Assembly: GCA_041288095.1 (NCBI GenBank)
Contig: JBGGMJ010000071.1
Span: forward strand, 1 to 11,461
Direction: 5' to 3'
From: Myxococcota bacterium
GTDB lineage: Bacteria > Myxococcota > XYA12-FULL-58-9 > JALHOP01
Length of the DNA stretch: 11,461 bases
The position numbers and the translations under genes are program-made. The notes beneath the pieces were generated by a model that saw only the letters and a list, made by a program, of their open reading frames with translations, did no database searches and was not told the origin of the DNA. This document shows, in pieces, positions 6,779 through 11,461 of the stretch (positions are counted from its first letter, which is position 1; each line of letters opens with the position of its first letter).

Positions 6779-8451
6779 GCCGCGACACCGATGACCGCGA
6801 ACTTGTCGACGTCGAAGAGCCCGTGGTCGGTGAGCTTGAGCGACGGGATGACCGGCAGGCTCAAGAACGCGAGTTGCAAGAACGGCTCGTGCAGGGCGCA
6901 GCCGACCGCTTTGCTCGCCTCGTGGAGCTTGGCGAGAGACGCTTCGACCGCTGGAGCGGACGCCGTGGTCATCAGGCCCGCGATCGGCAAGGCGAGCTGC
7001 GCCACGACCGTGCCTTTGTCGACGACGACGAAGCCGCCGCCCATGTCCGCGAGCGCCTTGAGCGCCACGCGCATGTCCGAGGCCTCCTTGCCGACGACGA
7101 TCAGGTTGTGACTGTCATGGCCGACGCTCGAGCCGATGGCGCCGTGGAAGGCATCGCCGAAGCCGCGCACGTAGGCATTGGCGGGAGCGCGACCGTGGCC
7201 GTGACGCTCGAGCACCGTGAGGCGGTGGACGCCGGGAGCGTCGTGCTTGGCGACGCCGCGGCCGGTGATGATCTTGCCGGGGATGACGTCGATGACGTGG
7301 ACGTTACCGCGGACACTCTCGAGAGCGGCGGCCTCGGGCACGGTGGTGCGCACGCTGTTCGACGTGTCTGGCGTCGCTTTACCGCGCGTCACCAGCTCGG
7401 TCGCCGGCACACCGGCAACGTAGGTCTCGCGCACGCCACAGGTCATCACGTCCCCGAGCCGCACGATGTCCGCGCGATAGCCGGGAGCAATGGCCCCCAA
7501 GCCGCGCAGGCCGTAGTGACGCGCGACGCTGTGCGAGGCGGCGCGATAGACCACCTCGGGCTCGCGCACTTGCTTCAAGACCTTGCGCAGCACGTGATCG
7601 ACGTGGCCCTCGCGAGCGATGTCCAGTGGGTTGCGGTCATCGGTGCAGAAGCCGAGGCTGGTCGAGGTCGCGAGCGACACCAAGGGTGCAAGCGCATCGG
7701 CGTCCTTGGCGACGCTGCCTTCGCGGATCCACACGGCGATGCCGATGCCGAGCTTCTCGCGAGCCTCATCGAGGCGCGACGATTCATGGCAGCTCGAGAT
7801 GCCGGCGGACGCATAAGCTTCGAGAGCACGCCCACGCAATAGCGGACAGTGGCCGTCGATGACCCGGCTCGAGAAGGCGACGAGCTTCTCCAGCACTTCT
7901 GGGTCGTTACCCAGGACGCCGGGAAAGTTCATCATCTCGGCGAGGCCCAAGGCCTTGGGATGATCGGCGAGGGCTTGCAGGGCGGAGGCCTTGATGGTGC
8001 CCGCGCCGTTGGTCTCGTGCACCGTTGCCGGCACGCACGAGCTCATCATCACGCGCAGGTCGAGGTGAGCGTGGGTCGCCGCCTCGAGAAAATACGCGAG
8101 GCCGCGCGTACCATGCACGTTGGCAATTTCGTGTGGGTCCGCGATGACGGTCGTGGTACCGCGCGGCAAGACGACGCGCTCGAAGATGTCCGGCGTTACC
8201 AGCGAGCTCTCGAGGTGGACGTGTGCGTCGATGAAGCCGGGCACCAAGGTGTCGCCACCGCAGTCGATGACGCGTTTGCCGGACAGCCCTGGAATGGTGC
8301 CGACGATGACGCCGTCGATCACCGCGATGTCGCCCTCGCGGAAGGTACAGCTGAAGACGTCCAGAAAGCGGGCGTTCTTGAGCACGAGGTCGCAGGGAAT
8401 GCGGCCTTGAGCGGCATCGATGCGTCGCGCGAGGGCTCTCGTGGTGAGCAT
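6775..8451 (-). CDS. ade: Adenine deaminase (amidohydrolase superfamily, Ade/AdeC type)
   Basis: PGFIDAHVHLESS, GTTTVIADPHEIANV, SSCVPAT, GLAEMMNFPGV, DGHCP, HES, IREGS, FCTDDRNP, SSVGHDSHN, LALPIAGLM and FLSLPVIPSLKLTDHGLFDV. Confidence 0.95.
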   Translation of the reverse strand: MLTTRALARRIDAAQGRIPCDLVLKNARFLDVFSCTFREGDIAVIDGVIVGTIPGLSGKRVIDCGGDTLVPGFIDAHVHLESSLVTPDIFERVVLPRGTTTVIADPHEIANVHGTRGLAYFLEAATHAHLDLRVMMSSCVPATVHETNGAGTIKASALQALADHPKALGLAEMMNFPGVLGNDPEVLEKLVAFSSRVIDGHCPLLRGRALEAYASAGISSCHESSRLDEAREKLGIGIAVWIREGSVAKDADALAPLVSLATSTSLGFCTDDRNPLDIAREGHVDHVLRKVLKQVREPEVVYRAASHSVARHYGLRGLGAIAPGYRADIVRLGDVMTCGVRETYVAGVPATELVTRGKATPDTSNSVRTTVPEAAALESVRGNVHVIDVIPGKIITGRGVAKHDAPGVHRLTVLERHGHGRAPANAYVRGFGDAFHGAIGSSVGHDSHNLIVVGKEASDMRVALKALADMGGGFVVVDKGTVVAQLALPIAGLMTTASAPAVEASLAKLHEASKAVGCALHEPFLQLAFLSLPVIPSLKLTDHGLFDVDKFAVIGVAA

Positions 8452-8452
8452 C

Positions 8453-8479
8453 CCCGACGTCGTATCAAGCGACGCCGGG
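8453..8479 (-). promoter_or_regulatory. Stem-loop directly upstream of the ade start codon
   Basis: The minus strand reads CCCGGCGUCG-CUUGAUA-CGACGUCGGG-G-AUG: a 10-bp stem (9 Watson-Crick pairs and 1 G-U) with a 7-nt loop. Function is inferred. Confidence 0.45.
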
Positions 8480-8482
8480 CGA

Positions 8483-8509
8483 ACGCTAGCTGACGCTAGC
8501 CGACTCTAG
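8483..8509. repeat. Three direct repeats AC(G/T)CTAG with exact 10-bp periodicity
   Basis: ACGCTAG 8483-8489, ACGCTAG 8493-8499 and ACTCTAG 8503-8509. Confidence 0.7.
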
Positions 8510-8739
8510 TTGTTGTCGTGCCGGCGCCAGCGCGCGTGCATCGAGCGCGCGTAATCCGGCTCGAGCTGAGCCAAACGTGCGGCGACGAGATCGGCGAGGC
8601 CGGCGCAGCCGACTTGCTCACGCCCACGCGCAAGCACTGCCTGCGTGAGCGCCTCGACATCGGCGAAGCTGGTAGGATTCAAACCCAACGTGCGGCAAGC
8701 GCGAGCGATCGCGTCCGCATCTCGAAGCATACGGTCCAT
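8506..8739 (-). CDS. Small hypothetical protein (~77 aa), predicted helical
   Basis: The ORF fills the gap between the ABC ATPase and ade on the same strand. Preferred start is ATG 8739 (MDRMLRDADAIARACRTLGL...), preceded by AGGGGG; the ORF caller start is TTG 8781. No family recognised. Confidence 0.55.
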   Translation of the reverse strand: MDRMLRDADAIARACRTLGLNPTSFADVEALTQAVLARGREQVGCAGLADLVAARLAQLEPDYARSMHARWRRHDNN

Positions 8740-8765
8740 GGTGGCGGCCCCCTGACGGTGCATTG

Positions 8766-8794
8766 GGTTTAAGCACGCCAACCCGATTTTTCAA
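8766..8794 (-). promoter_or_regulatory. Possible sigma70-type promoter for the small ORF/ade unit
   Basis: Minus strand TTGAAA (8794-8789), 17-nt spacer, TAAACC (8771-8766), in a locally AT-rich patch. The -10 match is weak. Confidence 0.3.
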
Positions 8795-8842
8795 TCGCGC
8801 AGCGCGTCACCAGGGGACGAATTTGAGTGACGCGGTGCGCGA
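8795..8842. repeat. 16-bp inverted repeat with one mismatch and a 16-nt spacer
   Basis: TCGCGCAGCGCGTCAC (8795-8810) and GTGACGCGGTGCGCGA (8827-8842), 17 nt past the ABC ATPase stop codon. Confidence 0.7.
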
Positions 8843-8859
8843 GCCCCCGGGGGACGGCC

Positions 8860-9648
8860 CTAGTGCTTATAACGGCGAACGCGATTGCGCATCGCCGCAC
8901 GCACGGCGCCGCGATTGCCACGCACCGGAGCCAGCATCACTTCCGGCTCGGCATCGCAGAAGATGGTCTCGGGCGCTCCTGAGCGCTGAACCATGCCTTC
9001 GCCGAAGACATGAACGGTCGTCGCGATACGGCGCGCGAAGGCCATGTCGTGGGTGACGATGACCATGGTCTGACCGGTGCGGGCGAGCGACTGCAGCACC
9101 TGCAAGACCTCTTGCATGAGCGACGGGTCGAGGGCGCTGGTCGGCTCGTCGAAGAGCATCACCTGCGGGTCCATGGCGAGGGCGCGGGCGATGGCGACGC
9201 GCTGCTGCTCGCCACCCGACAAGCGGGCGGGCTTCTCGTGGGCCTTCGCAAGCACCCCGACGCGGTCGAGGAGCTGCTCGGCTTTCTCGAGGGTCGCCTT
9301 GGCGTCGGCGCCGAGCACGCGCAGCGGAGCCTCCATCACGTTCCCGAGGACCGACAGGTGCGGGAACAAGTGGAACTGCTGGAAGACCATGCCCATCTGC
9401 CGGCGCATGGCGGCGAGGCGTCGGCGATAGACGTCGGAGGCGAGGTCGGCGCTCAATGTCACGTTCCCCACACAAACGGAGCCCGAGTCGAAGCTCTCGA
9501 GGCCGTTCAAGCAGCGCAGGAAGGTGCTCTTGCCGCACCCGGAAGGACCAATGATCACAGCCACATCGCCGCGGTCGATTTCGACCGACACGTCACGCAA
9601 GACACCGAGCGCACCGTGGGACTTCTTCAAGTGACTGACTTTGATCAT
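8860..9648 (-). CDS. Polar amino acid ABC transporter ATP-binding protein (GlnQ/HisP family)
   Basis: Walker A GPSGCGKST, LRCLNGLE, Q-loop GMVFQQFHLFPHL, signature LSGGEQQRVAIARALAM, Walker B/D-loop MLFDEPTSALDP and H-loop VTHDM. Confidence 0.95.
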   Translation of the reverse strand: MIKVSHLKKSHGALGVLRDVSVEIDRGDVAVIIGPSGCGKSTFLRCLNGLESFDSGSVCVGNVTLSADLASDVYRRRLAAMRRQMGMVFQQFHLFPHLSVLGNVMEAPLRVLGADAKATLEKAEQLLDRVGVLAKAHEKPARLSGGEQQRVAIARALAMDPQVMLFDEPTSALDPSLMQEVLQVLQSLARTGQTMVIVTHDMAFARRIATTVHVFGEGMVQRSGAPETIFCDAEPEVMLAPVRGNRGAVRAAMRNRVRRYKH

Positions 9649-9706
9649 CTGGTCTTGTGATTCACCTCGTTACCGCGAAAGCGTACAGCTTCTCGGGGAC
9701 CGTTGG

Positions 9707-11203
9707 TTATCGTCGAAGGCGGTGTTCCATGCGCGTCGAAAGCAACGACAACGGATAGCTCATGCCCAAATACAGAAGCGCGGTCACGGCTGCCAACGGC
9801 AAAATGTCTTTCGGGTTGTTCATGACGGCGATGTTGTAACGCTTCGAGAGCTCGACGACGGTGATAACAGAGCACACCGACGTGTCCTTGAAGAGGGCGA
9901 TGAAGTCGTTGGTGACCGGCGGCATCACCATGCGCGCCGCCTGCGGCAGGACGATGCGACGCAGCGCCTGGCCACGCGACATCCCCAGGGTCAGCGCCGC
10001 TTCCATCTGGCCGACGGGCACCGCCTGCAGACCGGCGCGGTAGATTTCGGCCTCGTACGCCGAGTAGTTGACCGCGAGCCCGATGATGGCGGCCGGGAGC
10101 GCGCTGATGTTGATGCCCACCGCCGGCAGCAAGAAGAAGATGAAGAAGAGCTGCAGCATGAGGGGCGTGCCCCGGATGACCTCGACGTAGATGGTCGCGG
10201 GGATGACGAACGCCCGTGGCCCGTAGAGCCTGGTCACCGCGATGAACATGCCGATGAAGATGGCGAGCGGCATCGCGGTCACCGACAGGAGAATCGTGGT
10301 GCCCGCGGCCGCGAGTAGGAGCTTGCCGTGCTTGGCGACGAAGGCGCGGACGGGTGAATCGTCGGCTCGCGTCGCCTCGAGCTTGGGAAGCTGCAAGAGG
10401 GTCGGGTTCTCTTGGGTGGCGTTCCACATGTCATAACGCTCGTACAGCGCGCGCAGGGCACCGCGCTGGCGCAGGCTGACGATGGCGGCGTCGAGCACCT
10501 CGCGCAGGCCGTCGTCCCCCTTGCGCACCAAGATGACGTAGCGACCGGGCTCGACCGGCTTGTCGACGAAGCGGAGCTTGGGAAAGTCCTTGTGATAGAA
10601 GGTGGCGATGGGCAGGTCCTGCACCGTGGCGTCGAGCTTGCCCGCGGCGGTGTCGCTCATGGCGTTGACGTTGCCGTCGTAGAGGACCGGCTGGACCTCG
10701 CTGGCCGTGAAATGCTGCCGGATATAGGTCTCCGACGAGGAGCCCCCGAGGACGCCAATCTGCTTGCGCGGACCGCCGTGAAGCTGATCCCAGCTGGCGA
10801 TGGGGCTCCCCTCCGGCACGATGAGCTGCAGCTCGTAGACGTAATACGGGATGGTGCTGTCGACGACGGCCACGCGCTCGGGCGTCCACTCGTAGCCGTT
10901 CATGACCATGTCGATGCGGCCGGTCCCGAGGATGGAGGGGAGCGTGTCCCACTGGCCCTGGAAGAAACGCGGCACGATGGTGGTCCCGGTCGCCCGTGAG
11001 AGCTCCTGGGCGAGCATCTCGGCGAGCTCGGCTTCGACACCGGCGAGGCCGCGAGGCGCCGCTTCGTCGGGCCACATGAACGGGCCGCCGCCTTCGAGGT
11101 CCCCTCCCCAAATGAAGTAGCCGCGGGCTTTGATGACCGAGAGGGTGTCGGTGCTGGCTGGGGCGGTGAGGAGCGCCACCGCCAAGAGCGCGGGGGCGAG
11201 CAT
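9707..11203 (-). CDS. Polar amino acid ABC transporter, fused substrate-binding protein and permease
   Basis: Signal peptide (MLAPALLAVALLTAPAS); family-3-like binding domain (WGGDLEGGGPF, GVEAELA, QWDTLPSILGTGRIDMVMNG, GKLDATVQDLP); HisM/GlnP-type permease (YVEVIRGTPLMLQLFFIFF, EAA loop AYEAEIYRAGLQAVPVGQMEAALTLGMS, NDFIALFKDTS). Confidence 0.93.
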   Translation of the reverse strand: MLAPALLAVALLTAPASTDTLSVIKARGYFIWGGDLEGGGPFMWPDEAAPRGLAGVEAELAEMLAQELSRATGTTIVPRFFQGQWDTLPSILGTGRIDMVMNGYEWTPERVAVVDSTIPYYVYELQLIVPEGSPIASWDQLHGGPRKQIGVLGGSSSETYIRQHFTASEVQPVLYDGNVNAMSDTAAGKLDATVQDLPIATFYHKDFPKLRFVDKPVEPGRYVILVRKGDDGLREVLDAAIVSLRQRGALRALYERYDMWNATQENPTLLQLPKLEATRADDSPVRAFVAKHGKLLLAAAGTTILLSVTAMPLAIFIGMFIAVTRLYGPRAFVIPATIYVEVIRGTPLMLQLFFIFFLLPAVGINISALPAAIIGLAVNYSAYEAEIYRAGLQAVPVGQMEAALTLGMSRGQALRRIVLPQAARMVMPPVTNDFIALFKDTSVCSVITVVELSKRYNIAVMNNPKDILPLAAVTALLYLGMSYPLSLLSTRMEHRLRR

Positions 11204-11303
11204 GGCGGCGATTTATCGCCAAACCGCCGGGGACTGTTGCGAGCGTCAGACCGGCACTCGCGCCACGGCAACCCGAAAGACGCGGCGCCGATATCGAGCG
11301 GCG

Positions 11304-11461
<158 letters not shown>

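Noticed and set aside
1661-8493. Long plus-strand ORFs (e.g. 2744..3865, 5450..6757, 6823..7842, 7849..8493) and alternative-frame minus ORFs (e.g. 5577..6788)
   Set aside because: They overlap motif-supported minus-strand genes almost completely and have Arg-rich or otherwise shadow-like composition without domain signatures.
8736-8748. Perfect eukaryotic Kozak sequence GCCGCCACCATGG on the minus strand at the small ORF start
   Set aside because: The match is exact, but the context is wholly bacterial and GC-rich with no vector or eukaryotic elements, so it is treated as coincidence.
8760-8782. Sigma54 promoter at TTGGCGTG... on the minus strand
   Set aside because: No GC at the required -12 position, 10 nt after the GG.
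8452-8860. Purine or c-di-GMP riboswitch upstream of ade
   Set aside because: The context is suggestive, but I could not find the conserved purine-riboswitch junction sequences or the GEMM motif on the minus strand. An Rfam scan would settle it.
9650-9860. Slightly more AT-rich stretch at the 3' end of the permease, as a possible recombination patch
   Set aside because: The stretch is short, the frame and motifs are intact, and I could not quantify the shift. It is compatible with normal variation.

Overview
A high-GC bacterial window, probably from a myxobacterium-like organism (inferred from the Frz-type chemosensory genes; not proven). The left end on + carries the 3' part of a HEAT-repeat-like gene and a RluA/RluD-family pseudouridine synthase. 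From 11203 down to 1287, ten genes lie co-directionally on the minus strand: a fused substrate-binding protein/permease and the ATPase of a polar amino acid ABC transporter, a small hypothetical protein, adenine deaminase, an AzgA/NCS2 purine permease, a stand-alone cyclic-nucleotide-binding protein, and a compact chemosensory module (CheW, a very short chemoreceptor, a CheA-receiver hybrid and a single-domain receiver). The right end has the start of a divergent + strand gene that runs into a 29-nt poly-C tract, most likely a sequencing or assembly artefact. The most notable feature is the stripped-down chemosensory module. Its receptor has no sensory or HAMP domain and no full methylation motif, the cluster has no CheR or CheB, and it sits directly behind a cNMP-binding protein and purine salvage genes. 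This suggests, as a hypothesis only, a nucleotide- or purine-responsive chemosensory switch without methylation-based adaptation. Structured non-coding elements flank the small ORF upstream of ade.
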